From an uncultured delta proteobacterium (GTDB lineage Bacteria > Desulfobacterota > Zymogenia > Zymogenales > Zymogenaceae): a stretch of DNA of 64,000 nt. Both the position numbers and the translations under genes were made by a program. This document shows, piece after piece, positions 38,251-48,791 of the stretch. The stretch lies in contig CAWBYW010000009.1 of assembly GCA_963792965.1 (NCBI GenBank), positions 32,001-96,000 on the forward strand. The letters run 5' to 3'. Numbering within the stretch: position 1 is the first letter of the stretch; each line of letters opens with the position of its first letter. The notes beneath the pieces are model-generated. The model had not been told where the DNA came from. It worked only from the letters and a program-made list of their open reading frames with translations, and searched no databases.

Positions 38251-38835
38251 ATGCGAGAATCGTCGAATATCGGCATCGTAGTCTATGACGGCGTGGAGCC
38301 GGCCGACTACGTCAACCCGATGGCCATCCTCGAAAAGACGAACGACTACATAGACAACAAGAATACCATCCGGCTCCTTTCGAGGGACGGATCGCCGGTG
38401 CATGCGTCCAATCGCACCATCGTCGGGCCGGCGATATCGTTCCGTGAGGCCGGCGCCTTTCCCGTTCTCATCGTCCCCGGAGGCGAAGGGGTATTTGGCG
38501 CGATAGCGGACCCCGAGATCGTTGGCTTTATCAAGCACAGCTACGAGAGCCCTGAGCTCCAGCATATACTATCCGTCTGCAGCGGGTCATACCTGTTGGC
38601 CGAGGCCGGGATCCTCCGCTGCAAAGAGGCGACGGTGACCGAGAGGCTCAAGGATGATTTTCGGAAGAGATATCCCAACGTTACCGTCCTCGATCGCACA
38701 CCGGTCATGGCGGACGGCGGCAGGATCATAACCTCGGGCCAGATATTCAAGGGCATCGAGGCGACCTATTGGCTCGTCGAGAAGTTGTATGGAGGCCGTG
38801 TCCTCGCCCTTATACGAGAGAGACTTGGATATTAG
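38251..38835 (+). CDS. DJ-1/PfpI family protein
   Basis: LIVPGG, SVCSGS, IITSG. Confidence 0.88.
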   Translation: MRESSNIGIVVYDGVEPADYVNPMAILEKTNDYIDNKNTIRLLSRDGSPVHASNRTIVGPAISFREAGAFPVLIVPGGEGVFGAIADPEIVGFIKHSYESPELQHILSVCSGSYLLAEAGILRCKEATVTERLKDDFRKRYPNVTVLDRTPVMADGGRIITSGQIFKGIEATYWLVEKLYGGRVLALIRERLGY

Positions 38836-39178
38836 GCCGTGACGTTTCTCGCTACGCCTAGCCTTGCACAGGGTTTCTGTGACGACTCCTTTCACGACCC
38901 ACGTTTCCACTAACAACACAGATGTCATATCGACTCCACGCGTCCGAACCTCACCTGTACGGAAGCCGTAAGCCGACACGCCCGAGAAATAGATAGACCC
39001 GCGTAGGCATTCCTGAAAGGAAATAGCGTAATAGTTAAAATACTAATAATTTATCACTTTACTTCCCCGCTGAAAGGGGATATAAGATTCCCTTGCTGAC
39101 GCGGCGCCTGGGACGATAACGTACCGGATTTCTCACCCAAGGACACCAATACCTAACCCGAGCACAATTCATAGAGAC

Positions 39179-40958
39179 ATGAACACGACCAACCCCCTCG
39201 ACACCCCCAAATCCTTATCGAACGCCTACCTCTGGCTTGTCGTCATCATGCTGTTCGTGATGACGCCCTACTTCCTCGGCCTCGGCATGGCCGACGTTCG
39301 AGACATGGACGAATCGGCCTACGGCGAGATCGGGCGGGAGATGCTCCAGTCGGGGAATTTCGTGGATCCTACCTGGAACTATGTCCCCTTCTATGAGCAT
39401 CCGCCCCTCATGCTCTGGCTCATCGCCATTTCCATCAAGCTCTTCGGGACAAACGCCTATGCCGTAAGACTGCCCGGCGCGCTGCTGGCCGTCGTCGGGG
39501 TGGCTCTGACCTACCTCCTCGGCAAGATGGTTTACGGTAAGAGGACCGCGATCGCCGCGGCGATGGCGCTGCCCGCCGTCCCCTTTTATAACCTGATGAT
39601 CGTGGACGCACGGCTTGACATCGGTCTGTTGGTCTTTATGACCCTCACATTCTACTGCCTCATCGCCTTTCTCAAGAAGAGGAGTATCCTCTATCTGGTC
39701 GTCGCCTATATCGCGTGCGGGCTCAGTTTTCTCACAAAGGGACCCATCGGGGTCGCGGTGCCGTGCCTCGTCGTCGCGGCATTATATCATCGTCACCCGG
39801 CAGTGGCGGCTCATCAGGGAGCTGCGCCCGATTCTCGGCCTGTTTATCGTCGCGGCCACGGTCGTTCCCTGGTATCTGTTCATGTACGACCACCACGGCT
39901 GGGAATTTATTCAGAACCTCGTTATACGACAGAACTTCGAGCGTTTCTTCGGCGGAGGCAATTTCCAGCTGGAGGATCCGTCTTTTTATTTCCACACCTT
40001 CCTCTGGATGTTCCTCCCCTGGGTCGTTCCGCTCGGCTGGATGTTGATAAAGAAGATCCGCCGCTCGCATCCGGTCCGGCGGTTCCTCCAGCGGACGGAT
40101 AGTTCCGATAAGGAAGGCGATACCGCGCCGATCATGGTGGTCCTCTGGTTCGTCCTGCCGATCCTGTTGATGTCTCTCGGCGATACGAAGCAGGATCGCT
40201 ACATCTTCTTTGTCTTCCCCGCCGCCGCCCTCATTGCCGGGCAGTTTATCGCCGACTACCTTGACGGCGCCCTCTCTGAGCGGGAGACAAAGGGATACGG
40301 GATCTTTAATATCGTCCTTACGTCACTGCTCGCCGTTGCCCTCCTTTGGATGACGCTTTTCTTTTTCCCCTTCGATTCGTCAGTAATCTATTTCCTCTTC
40401 GCGGCGGTTGTTCTTTTTGTTTGCGTTCTCTCATTTGTTTCGTACAAGAAGGGCTTCCGGGTGGGCACGATTATATCGATCGCGCTGCTGTTGACGCTTT
40501 ACCACTTCCTCTACACGACCCATATCTCTCCGATGATCATGCAATACCAGCCATTCAGGGGGTTCGCGCAGGATATGAAAACCCTCCACGTTCCCGATGG
40601 CCCCGTATACCTCTATGAAAAGGATTGTGAGATAAAGCAGGCTGACAAGCCGTCTATCAATTTCTACAGTGGCAGGAAGGTCAACATCATATGGGGCCAG
40701 CGGCCCGAGATACCTACGGAGGGGGCGGCTGCCGGTGGGGGCGCCTATATCATCGTCGCTGAAAACCTCGTCCCCCGCCTCAAGGAGGCCGGGTACGACA
40801 TCCGCATTCTATCGATCCGCAAGCACTATGATATCATCACACCGACGAGGCGGGAATTCCTCTTTGCCCGTACCAGGCACGAGACGATAGATCGGTATCT
40901 GTTGGCGTATATAACTCGCGCCAGCGTGGAGCCGACGACCAAAGATTTGACAAAATAG
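39179..40958 (+). CDS. ArnT-like GT-C glycosyltransferase (frameshift at ~39780)
   Basis: DESAYGEIGREM, HPPL, AVRLP, LTKGP; second half TKQDRYI. Confidence 0.87.
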
Positions 40959-41001
40959 AAGAGGACTACCCGCCACCGGCTTTCAACGGGTGTGATAACA
41001 A

Positions 41002-41027
41002 AAAACCCTTCATCACTGAAGGGTTTT
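41002..41027. terminator. Bidirectional intrinsic terminator
   Basis: AAAACCCTTCA-TCAC-TGAAGGGTTTT between convergent genes. Confidence 0.75.
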
Positions 41028-41103
41028 CTCATGCACGGCATGTACGCCTGCGTTATATCGTATTATCTGCCAGGAGGCGAGAAGACCCCACCGGCGTCGT
41101 CGG

Positions 41104-41979
41104 CTACGGTCTGTGGCCCTCTCTCTTTTTCCGATCCACGATTGTCTTAATAAGGGCGAGCATCGCGATGAGCTTGCCCGCGTCATTTGCCTGCCCCGAG
41201 TGGTTGCCGTCCTCGTCCCGTCCCATGATATCTTCGTAAATCTCCACTACGCGCGGGTTGTCGGGGTCCATCCGAAGGGCCTTGGTGATCTCCTCCTTCG
41301 CCTCGGAAAGCCAGCCCCTATCGGCCATCGAAAGGGCAAGGTATGCCCGGGCCATTGGGTCTTCCGGGTCCACCTGGACGAGGTGAGAAAAAGTGCTCAT
41401 CGCCTCATCGACCATCCCCATATGCCCGTAGCAGATGCCGAGCTGGAACTGCCAGTCGCCGTCGGTGGGGCTGTCCTTAAGGTAGGCCGCGATCTCCTCG
41501 GCCGCCTCCTCGAACATCCCAAGGCTCATCAGACAATAGCCGAGACGGGCGTTAAGGTATGAGTTTTCCGGGTCGTCCGTGAGGATCTTTCGGTAGTGTG
41601 CGGTCGCCTCCGTGAACCGCTCTTCCTTTTCGAGGAAGTGTCCAAAGGAGATCTGCGCGTTGATGCTGTCGGGCTCCACCCGGATGGCCTCGGAGATGAA
41701 CCGGGCCGCAAGGTCGTTCCGCTCCATTGTCAGCGATGCGTCCGAGAGCCCCGACAGGATATCCGCATCCTCGGGACAGAGATCATTGGCGACCGAGTAG
41801 TAGCAGAACGCTTCCTCACCCATCCGGTCGTTAAGGGCACAGCACCCCATGAAGTAGAAGATATCCGGCTCATCAGGATACTTGGTCGACGCCTCCCTGA
41901 GGAGGGCAAGCGCCTCCCGATAGTAGTTGAGATCCATCAACTCCTTGGCTGCTTCCAATACCCTGTCGACATCGTCCAT
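41104..41979 (-). CDS. Tetratricopeptide repeat protein
   Basis: About 7 TPR units ending in P(D/E)(D/N/S). Confidence 0.88.
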   Translation of the reverse strand: MDDVDRVLEAAKELMDLNYYREALALLREASTKYPDEPDIFYFMGCCALNDRMGEEAFCYYSVANDLCPEDADILSGLSDASLTMERNDLAARFISEAIRVEPDSINAQISFGHFLEKEERFTEATAHYRKILTDDPENSYLNARLGYCLMSLGMFEEAAEEIAAYLKDSPTDGDWQFQLGICYGHMGMVDEAMSTFSHLVQVDPEDPMARAYLALSMADRGWLSEAKEEITKALRMDPDNPRVVEIYEDIMGRDEDGNHSGQANDAGKLIAMLALIKTIVDRKKREGHRP

Positions 41980-42007
41980 CTTGTCTGCCCCCTCCGGGCT
42001 CGCACCT

Positions 42008-42031
42008 AAAAAAAAAGGGTGAAACCACCCT
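42008..42031 (-). terminator. Intrinsic terminator
   Basis: AGGGTG-GTTT-CACCCT followed by a T9 run on the minus strand. Confidence 0.7.
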
Positions 42032-42108
42032 CTCAGTTACTCCAAACTGTTGAAAAGCACCGGAGACAACTCTTGAGTAGAAACGTGTGATTCCTCCTCA
42101 ACCCTTTT
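42008..42108 (-). ncRNA. Candidate small structured RNA or attenuator leader
   Basis: Upstream TTGTGT-16-TATACT (extended TG), three consecutive hairpins, ends in a terminator. Confidence 0.35.
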
Positions 42109-42147
42109 ATACAGTATACCATATTCCTCAAGAAACACAAGCATATT

Positions 42148-44562
42148 TTACACCGGTACCCACAAAATGACGAGCGCGCCAAACACGATGTCGTTTTTGT
42201 CCAGCGAGATCTTCACCTCTTCAATCGCCTCCGCGCCCTTCTTCTTCTCCTCGGTGATCGCGGCGACCTCATCGTTGAGCTGCTGCGTCATCCGGGTCAG
42301 CTGCTCGTTGAGGGATTGTATCTCGGCTTCCGAATCCTCCATGAGGGTCTTCGATTTTACGGTCATCATCCGTTTCGTCGACGCCTTTGAGATGCCCGAC
42401 AGGCTCTTCCTCCCGAAAACGAACCCTAACACGGTCGCCCCGGCCGAGATCAGCTCATCCTTCTTGCGCTCGTCGTACTCCATTTCCCGGACCGAGCGCT
42501 CCCTCTCTTCCTTTTTGACCTTGTCCTGTATGGTTTGAATCTGACTCTTGTACTTATTGCTGATCTTCTCCACCGAACGTGCCGCCTCCTCCTCGCCCAT
42601 CGCCGAAATGCGCCCGATGAAGGCCTCCTTCGTCTCCCCGACCGCAGAAAAGACGTTAAAGCGGGGGCTCTTGAAGAGCGACAGAGTAAGGGACCCGTAG
42701 ATGAAATTCACGAAATCGGCCGATCCCTTCTTTACGCCGTCCTTTGCTACAAGCCAGCCCGGCAGCGGCGTAAAGCCGGCGGACTGCCCGCCGGCAACCG
42801 GTGGGGCCGCGAGGAACTCCACGTCCTGGCCCAGTTCGACGGACCCTTCCCATCCGCCCGGCCTTTCCGTCAGGGGGAAGAGCGCCCGTGCGATCTTCTG
42901 GGTCACGGCGACCTTCGCCGACGGATCGTCGAATCTGGCCTGTGCCCGGGCGACCAGCGCCGGCACGTAGCGAAACCCTTTGGCGCTCGCGGTCTTTTCC
43001 ACGGGTATGAGGCGCGAGAAGATCGGATAGGCCGCGCTCTGGGAGGAAAGGTAGGTGTTTTCCAGGCCGACCTCCGGGGCGCTGGGAAGCAAAGATTCGT
43101 CCGCCCCGGCGGCCGTTGCCGCGTCCCCGGGTGCAGGTTTTGCATCCTCTTTCTCTCGGCCCTCATACACGTGGGCGTAGGGGAGCTCTTTGAGCTTGTC
43201 TTTGGAGATCGGGCCCCTCAGATAGCACATGGCCCAGCGGGATCGCATCGTCGTAATGGTATCCTCCCGGACGCTGTGCAGCATGAAGGACCGGGGCGCG
43301 AGGGCGGAAATCGCCGCGTCGACCGCGGCGGGAGGCACGCCCCCCTTGGAGGCGGACGTCAGCCCCTCTAGCACCCGGTCCTTGTCGTTTTTTGTCTGGA
43401 GCCTGCCGATGAACCAGGTGCCGGCGTTGGTGAGGGCCTTGTAGTCGATATCGACCGGGTTTTGCGTGGCAAGCACCATCCCGATGCCGTACGCCCGCGC
43501 CTGCTTGAGGAGCGTCATGATCGGTTTCTTTGTCGGCGGGTCTTTCGGGTACGGCGGCAATAACCCCACCGCCTCGTCGATATAGACCAGCGCCCTGAGC
43601 TTGGTCGAGCCCTCCTGCCCTCTCATCCAGGTGACGAGCCGCCAGAGGAGCAGCCCGACGAAGAAATCCCGCTCTGCGTCCGAGAGATGCGAAAGATAGA
43701 AGACCGAGACGCCGGGCTTTGTCCCACGGGGCTTCAAAAAGAAATCTATGTCCAGCGGCACGCCCTTCCTCCATCCCGTGAAGGCGGGCGACGCCGCCAC
43801 CGTATTGAGCGAAAGGGCAAGCTTCATGCGCTCCGCCCGCGGGTAGAACTCCTCGAGGTCAAAGACCCCCACGCGCTTCATCGGCGGATCCTGGATGAAG
43901 GTGATGATCTTTTCGAGGTTGAGGTCCTGCTCCCTGGCCCAGGACTCCTGCCAGATCTGAGAGAGGAGTATATGCTCCCGGCTTGTGATGGGGTCGGCCT
44001 CGATGCCGACCAGCGACAACAGCGCCGATACCGATCCCGAGATCAGCTCGAGGATCGCATCCTCGTCCTTCTTGATCTGGCCGCGGGGGACCTGGAACGA
44101 GTTGAGGACGTTGACCGGCACACAGGCACTGCTCCCGGGCGTATAGACGACGAAATCGGCCGACTCTTTGTACCGCTTGATCCGCGCGGAATCAATCCCC
44201 CAGTCGGCGAGCCCTTTCTTCCATGTGGCCGCGGTATCGGCGGCGAATTGATCGAGGCTCTTTCCCTTGCGGTCGGCCTCCGCGGGATCGACCCACGGGG
44301 CAAAATCCTTTGGCGAAAGCTCCGGGAAGGCCAACAGGAGGTTCCCCATCTCCGCCTTGGGGTCGATCACCAGGCAGGGAACCCCGGAAAGGATCGCCTC
44401 CTCAAGGAGCGTCACGGCAAGCCCCGTCTTCCCGCTCCCGGTCATCCCCACGATCACCCCGTGGGTGGTCAGGTCGCGTGGATCCAGGAGGATCGGCGTC
44501 TGGGTCACCTCGTTCTTTGCGGGGTCAAAGACCCTGCCCAAATAGAACTTTTCGTCGGCCAT
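42148..44562 (-). CDS. HerA/DUF87-like P-loop ATPase with C-terminal coiled coil
   Basis: THGVIVGMTGSGKTG, IDPK, YIDEA, LATQNPVD. Confidence 0.85.
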   Translation of the reverse strand: MADEKFYLGRVFDPAKNEVTQTPILLDPRDLTTHGVIVGMTGSGKTGLAVTLLEEAILSGVPCLVIDPKAEMGNLLLAFPELSPKDFAPWVDPAEADRKGKSLDQFAADTAATWKKGLADWGIDSARIKRYKESADFVVYTPGSSACVPVNVLNSFQVPRGQIKKDEDAILELISGSVSALLSLVGIEADPITSREHILLSQIWQESWAREQDLNLEKIITFIQDPPMKRVGVFDLEEFYPRAERMKLALSLNTVAASPAFTGWRKGVPLDIDFFLKPRGTKPGVSVFYLSHLSDAERDFFVGLLLWRLVTWMRGQEGSTKLRALVYIDEAVGLLPPYPKDPPTKKPIMTLLKQARAYGIGMVLATQNPVDIDYKALTNAGTWFIGRLQTKNDKDRVLEGLTSASKGGVPPAAVDAAISALAPRSFMLHSVREDTITTMRSRWAMCYLRGPISKDKLKELPYAHVYEGREKEDAKPAPGDAATAAGADESLLPSAPEVGLENTYLSSQSAAYPIFSRLIPVEKTASAKGFRYVPALVARAQARFDDPSAKVAVTQKIARALFPLTERPGGWEGSVELGQDVEFLAAPPVAGGQSAGFTPLPGWLVAKDGVKKGSADFVNFIYGSLTLSLFKSPRFNVFSAVGETKEAFIGRISAMGEEEAARSVEKISNKYKSQIQTIQDKVKKEERERSVREMEYDERKKDELISAGATVLGFVFGRKSLSGISKASTKRMMTVKSKTLMEDSEAEIQSLNEQLTRMTQQLNDEVAAITEEKKKGAEAIEEVKISLDKNDIVFGALVILWVPV

Positions 44563-44719
44563 AGATGGCTCCTCTTACTAAATATATATGGCGCCTATTT
44601 TGAACGTGACTCCCGGCGCAACAGCGGAATCGAGAGATTCATTAAAAACGCAATGCTCAGATCGCTCGCTGATGAATCGGAGGCGCTGAAGGCGCGCGGC
44701 CCGAGGTGATACATAATGA

Positions 44720-45781
44720 CTACTTCCCTCCGGTTCCCTCGGGCTTCTCGAAATAGGCCGAAATCTTCTTCATGTGGGCCAGTATCTCATCGGCCTGCGC
44801 CCCCTCGGCGACCGCGGGCTGGAAGCCGCAGGTCACCGGGATCATCTTGTACGATGTAACCCCACTTTTCGTCAGCGTCAGCTCGAGCATGATGCTCTTC
44901 GTCTTCCAGACCGAATGCTCCGTCGTCTGGTGATAGGCGAAGTTGCCGAGCGAATAGATGATAAAGGCGCCGTTGTACCGATCGATCCCCTCGGGCACGT
45001 GGGGATGGCCGCCAAGGATGATGTCCGCCCCGGCATCTACCATTTTGTGTGCGAGCGCCACGATCTCGCCCGCGGGCCTGTCCTGATATTCCGCCCCCCA
45101 GTGCGCCGCCACGACGACGAGGTCTACGTCATTTCGTACCTTCTTGATGGCGGGAGCAAGCCGGTCCATGTCCGCCCAGGCGGTGTATTTGAAGGCCTCG
45201 TGCTCCGGTCCCCCGAAATTGAAGATTCGGGTCACCGAAAAGAAGGCGATCCGTATTCCCTTGACCTCGAGGATCGCGGGTGAGAAAGCCGCGTCGAGGT
45301 CCGGGCCCGTCCCCGTATGTTTGATCCCGACGCGGTCCAGATAGGTCGGCGTCTCCAGGAGCGCCCTCCTGCCGAAGTCCCACACATGATTGTTGGCAAG
45401 TGACACGACGTCAAAGCCCGCGTGCGCCAGCGTTTCGGCGGCTATCGGCGGGGCCGTGAAGCACCATACCCCGTTCTGGGTCACGCCGTTCTGCTCTGAT
45501 ATCGTGCTCTCGAGGTTGGCAAAGGCGATGTCCGCACTCGAGATGATATCCTTGGTCTTTTCGAAGGCGTAATCGACGTTCCCTCCGAGGATAATCCTGC
45601 CGGCCTTGCGGCCGAGGTTTATATCGCCGACCGCCAAAAGCGTGATCTCGGACGTTGGATGGGGGATTTCAATGGCGCCCTCGGCCGCAGCGGTGGGGAC
45701 GGCATCTCCCGAAACGCCCGCGCACGAGAAAACGGTCAACAGGAGCCAAACGGCGAGAAGATAAGAAATAACGCGTTTCAC
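44720..45781 (-). CDS. CapA-family metallophosphoesterase lipoprotein
   Basis: Lipobox VFSC; VGDI, NLE, LANNH, HWGAE, GHPH, YSLGNF. Confidence 0.9.
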   Translation of the reverse strand: MKRVISYLLAVWLLLTVFSCAGVSGDAVPTAAAEGAIEIPHPTSEITLLAVGDINLGRKAGRIILGGNVDYAFEKTKDIISSADIAFANLESTISEQNGVTQNGVWCFTAPPIAAETLAHAGFDVVSLANNHVWDFGRRALLETPTYLDRVGIKHTGTGPDLDAAFSPAILEVKGIRIAFFSVTRIFNFGGPEHEAFKYTAWADMDRLAPAIKKVRNDVDLVVVAAHWGAEYQDRPAGEIVALAHKMVDAGADIILGGHPHVPEGIDRYNGAFIIYSLGNFAYHQTTEHSVWKTKSIMLELTLTKSGVTSYKMIPVTCGFQPAVAEGAQADEILAHMKKISAYFEKPEGTGGK

Positions 45782-45829
45782 TCTGTCCTCCCGGGTCCAT
45801 ACATCGATAATTAAAAACCTCCTCCCCCC

Positions 45830-45858
45830 TTGACACCCCCCGATTCTCGCCCTACAAT
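45830..45858 (+). promoter_or_regulatory. Putative sigma70 promoter
   Basis: TTGACA-17 nt-TACAAT. Confidence 0.6.
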
Positions 45859-45973
45859 ATAGCAGAGATTGCAGCCCAAAAAAAGCCTTTTCTGGAAGCG
45901 GCCGTGCCGTTTAAAGAGCGTGTAACGGCATTTTTTGTAAACAAACCGTCTACATTAGAAAGGTGAGAATCGT

Positions 45974-46933
45974 ATGAGAACCACATCGCGACTTTTTCCC
46001 TCCTTCGTTTTTTTCACCTTGCTCGTGCTGATCATAGCCGGGTGTGCTACCGTCCCCGAAAAGACGGCGTATGTCCCACCCTACACTCCCAATTACGGGG
46101 TCTTCGTCGATCATATCGTGGCCGACGGCCTGGAAGGGATTGTTCCCAAGCTCACGGGTGATCCCGCCGCGCTTCCGGCCTACTGGCACCTCTTGATGGA
46201 CGATGGAAAGCTGACTGTTGCGCTCTGTATCGGCACCGAGGACCTCGTCAGCAAGATCTACACCGAGACGGGCGGCGGCGCCGTGCTGGACGTGAAGGTG
46301 AGGGATACACAGATCCCGGTCACGATATACGGGAAGAAAGTGATCGTCGACGTGACCGTGGTAACCAACAAAGAACAGCTCATCAAGGCGCTGGGTGAGC
46401 GGGAGGTCATCTTTGTCTATTCTCACTCGCGCTACGGAAACGGATGGGCGCTGCATGACAACGGCCTGGACGACCCGTTCAGGATGCAGTCCGACCCTAT
46501 CAGGACACCGAAAAATCAAATGCACGGATACAAGGGGGAGATCGTCGGAGAGTCGGGCGGTTACTACCTCCTCAAGCCGAACACCGAGGACCTCGACAAA
46601 GTCGTGCCGTACCCCGGCTATCAGATCATCGTGGGGCTTTCCTGCACGAGCAAGCAGCACTTCCTCAAAGAGCTCATCAAGATGCGGGCGGGAAACCCGA
46701 CAACCATGATTCTCACGACGGGGGCGGGGGGTTTTCTGGAGATGCGTTTCACGATCTTCAAGCGCTTCCTGCAAGGTATCGTGGCCGGGGAGGATACGAA
46801 GAAGCTCGTCTCGGGGCTGAATGACACCTGGCAGAAGGTGCCGGACGTATTTTTCGATATATATAAGATCCGCGCCAACGTCACTGCTTATCGCGTGATC
46901 GATCTGTCGTACGATAATCTTGGGAAGCAGTAG
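45974..46933 (+). CDS. Hypothetical lipoprotein, possible caspase-like His/Cys dyad
   Basis: Lipobox IAGC; VIFVYSHSRYG and YQIIVGLSC. Confidence 0.7.
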   Translation: MRTTSRLFPSFVFFTLLVLIIAGCATVPEKTAYVPPYTPNYGVFVDHIVADGLEGIVPKLTGDPAALPAYWHLLMDDGKLTVALCIGTEDLVSKIYTETGGGAVLDVKVRDTQIPVTIYGKKVIVDVTVVTNKEQLIKALGEREVIFVYSHSRYGNGWALHDNGLDDPFRMQSDPIRTPKNQMHGYKGEIVGESGGYYLLKPNTEDLDKVVPYPGYQIIVGLSCTSKQHFLKELIKMRAGNPTTMILTTGAGGFLEMRFTIFKRFLQGIVAGEDTKKLVSGLNDTWQKVPDVFFDIYKIRANVTAYRVIDLSYDNLGKQ

Positions 46934-47286
46934 ATAAGAGGGTGAATCGGAAAACGAAAGGCCTTCGGATTACCGGGCATCGGCCCATGCCGCCCGAGCA
47001 GGCGGCGTCCTTCTGATACTGTTAGCGGATGCGAGTCGATAGGTTGGACCGGCGGCCGCGCCCTGCAACCGGCGAGGCAGCTCACCGTTTGTCGTGGGTC
47101 GGTATCGGCCGATGGGAGCCGCCCGCGATAGTCGCCCCCCATCCGGGAGAGAACGAGTAGCCGCGCCTGCACATTTGTCACACGAACGCACCCGGTTTCG
47201 CGTCGACACGTCCCAAGCCTCTGGAGACGGGGCGACCCGTCCCCGTCAGCTGACCCACACAAAAAGGTCGGCTTGAGAGACGGTGC

Positions 47287-47772
47287 CTATAGCCCTTCAA
47301 GCTCTTGCGTGACCTCCAAGAGCGCTTTCTCATCCCCCGATTTCTTGTAGAGCTCCGCCGCGCCGTTAAGAAGATAGCGCGCCTCGTCGACCCGGTTTTT
47401 CTGCACCAAAAGCCCCGCGAGCTCCCGCATTACCCCGGCAAGCTCATTGTCTCCGACCGCGTCCTTGTGATCCTTGGCGTAGGTGAGCGCCTCAAAGTAG
47501 GTTGCGATCGCCTCATCGGCGTCGCCGGAAAGGTAATACCCTCTGGCGATGTACGGGTAGACCCCGAAGGCCGAGAACGTATACCCCGCCGAGTCGTAGA
47601 AGGCCAGCGCCTTCTTGAACTCGATGATCGCCAGCGCGATCTTCCCCTCGTTGAGGAGCTCTTTGCCGTAGTTGAAGGACGCCGTCGCGTTTTCTACCGG
47701 TGGATTCACCCTGGCGCACCCGAGAGTGATGACCAGTAAGATGAGCGAGAAGAAAGCAACGTTTCTTTTCAT
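47287..47772 (-). CDS. TPR-like lipoprotein
   Basis: Lipobox TLGC; helical TPR-like repeats. Confidence 0.75.
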   Translation of the reverse strand: MKRNVAFFSLILLVITLGCARVNPPVENATASFNYGKELLNEGKIALAIIEFKKALAFYDSAGYTFSAFGVYPYIARGYYLSGDADEAIATYFEALTYAKDHKDAVGDNELAGVMRELAGLLVQKNRVDEARYLLNGAAELYKKSGDEKALLEVTQELEGL

Positions 47773-47781
47773 CGGTATTCT

Positions 47782-48660
47782 CTATAAACTGAAGATGTCA
47801 AATACGATTCCTTCAAAGTCGATGAACAGCAGGCGGTTACTGAGCAGCTCGCCTTTCCCGATCAGGAGCTTGATCACCTCGACCGTCTGGATGTTAGCGA
47901 TGGCCCCCACGACGCCCGGCAGGTTACCGAGGGTGACCTCCACCCCCTTCTCGGGGAGGCTCTCCCTGTCTCCAAAGATCGCGGTGAATCCGGCGTCCCC
48001 GGGGGCAATCGAGCTGACCTGACCCACGAATCCCGCGACCGACCCGTGCACGAGCGGAATCCTCAAACGTGTCGCCGCGTCCGAGAGCGCAAACCGCGAA
48101 GGGATGTTGTCCAGGGCGTCCACCGCCGCATCACAGCCCGCCAACAACTCGACGAGATCGTCGGTGCCGACGTTCCGGTATATCGTCGTCACCTCAACGG
48201 CGCTGTTTATCGCCCTGATGCGTTCGGCCGCCACCTGGACCTTGGGCCTTCCGATCGCATCCTCGGAGCAAAACTCCTGTCGGTTGAGATTATCCTCGGA
48301 AAAGACGTCCCCATCCACAAGGCAGAGCCTCCCGACCCCGACGCGCGCCAGATTCAGGGCGATGGTGCCCCCCAGCCCCCCGATGCCGATAATCGCCACG
48401 GCGGACCTCAAGAGTGCTATCTGGCCCTCTTTCCCGAGGGCGCCCAGGTTCCTGAGATAGCGCCGAGGCACGATACCTGAGGCGAGGGCTGCGGTCTCGA
48501 CCTCTCTGAGCGAGACCCCGTGCCCTTCCGCAATCGCGCGGGTGGCTCCGAGGTCGAGCGTCTTCTGAGTCGATCCGGAAGGCAGCGCCACATCGACCGC
48601 ACGGGACCGTATCGCCTCCAGCAGCTTCTCGTCTATTTTATCGATGTCCACATGTTTCAT
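47782..48660 (-). CDS. ThiF/MoeB/HesA family E1-like protein
   Basis: RYLRN, GIGGLGG, DGDVFSEDNLNRQ, DALDN. Confidence 0.9.
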   Translation of the reverse strand: MKHVDIDKIDEKLLEAIRSRAVDVALPSGSTQKTLDLGATRAIAEGHGVSLREVETAALASGIVPRRYLRNLGALGKEGQIALLRSAVAIIGIGGLGGTIALNLARVGVGRLCLVDGDVFSEDNLNRQEFCSEDAIGRPKVQVAAERIRAINSAVEVTTIYRNVGTDDLVELLAGCDAAVDALDNIPSRFALSDAATRLRIPLVHGSVAGFVGQVSSIAPGDAGFTAIFGDRESLPEKGVEVTLGNLPGVVGAIANIQTVEVIKLLIGKGELLSNRLLFIDFEGIVFDIFSL

Positions 48661-48741
48661 CGGTTGCTCGCAAGAGGAGAGCCGGCTTATAACACGATGT
48701 GGAATGCACGTCCCACCCTGTATAAGGTACCCGGGACAAAT

Positions 48742-48772
48742 AAAAAGGGGGGAAAGGTTGCCCCCTCCCCCC
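48742..48772 (-). terminator. Putative terminator after the OmpA-family gene
   Basis: GGGGGGA/TCCCCCC stem with a T-run on the minus strand. Confidence 0.45.
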
Positions 48773-48791
48773 ATAAGGTATTCCGATGTGA

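Noticed and set aside
44720-45781. Poly-gamma-glutamate capsule locus
   Set aside because: No capB/capC nearby; solitary CapA-family proteins are common
46934-47286. ncRNA or riboswitch in a 350-bp gap between convergent genes
   Set aside because: Only generic GC hairpins; no recognisable family motif or promoter
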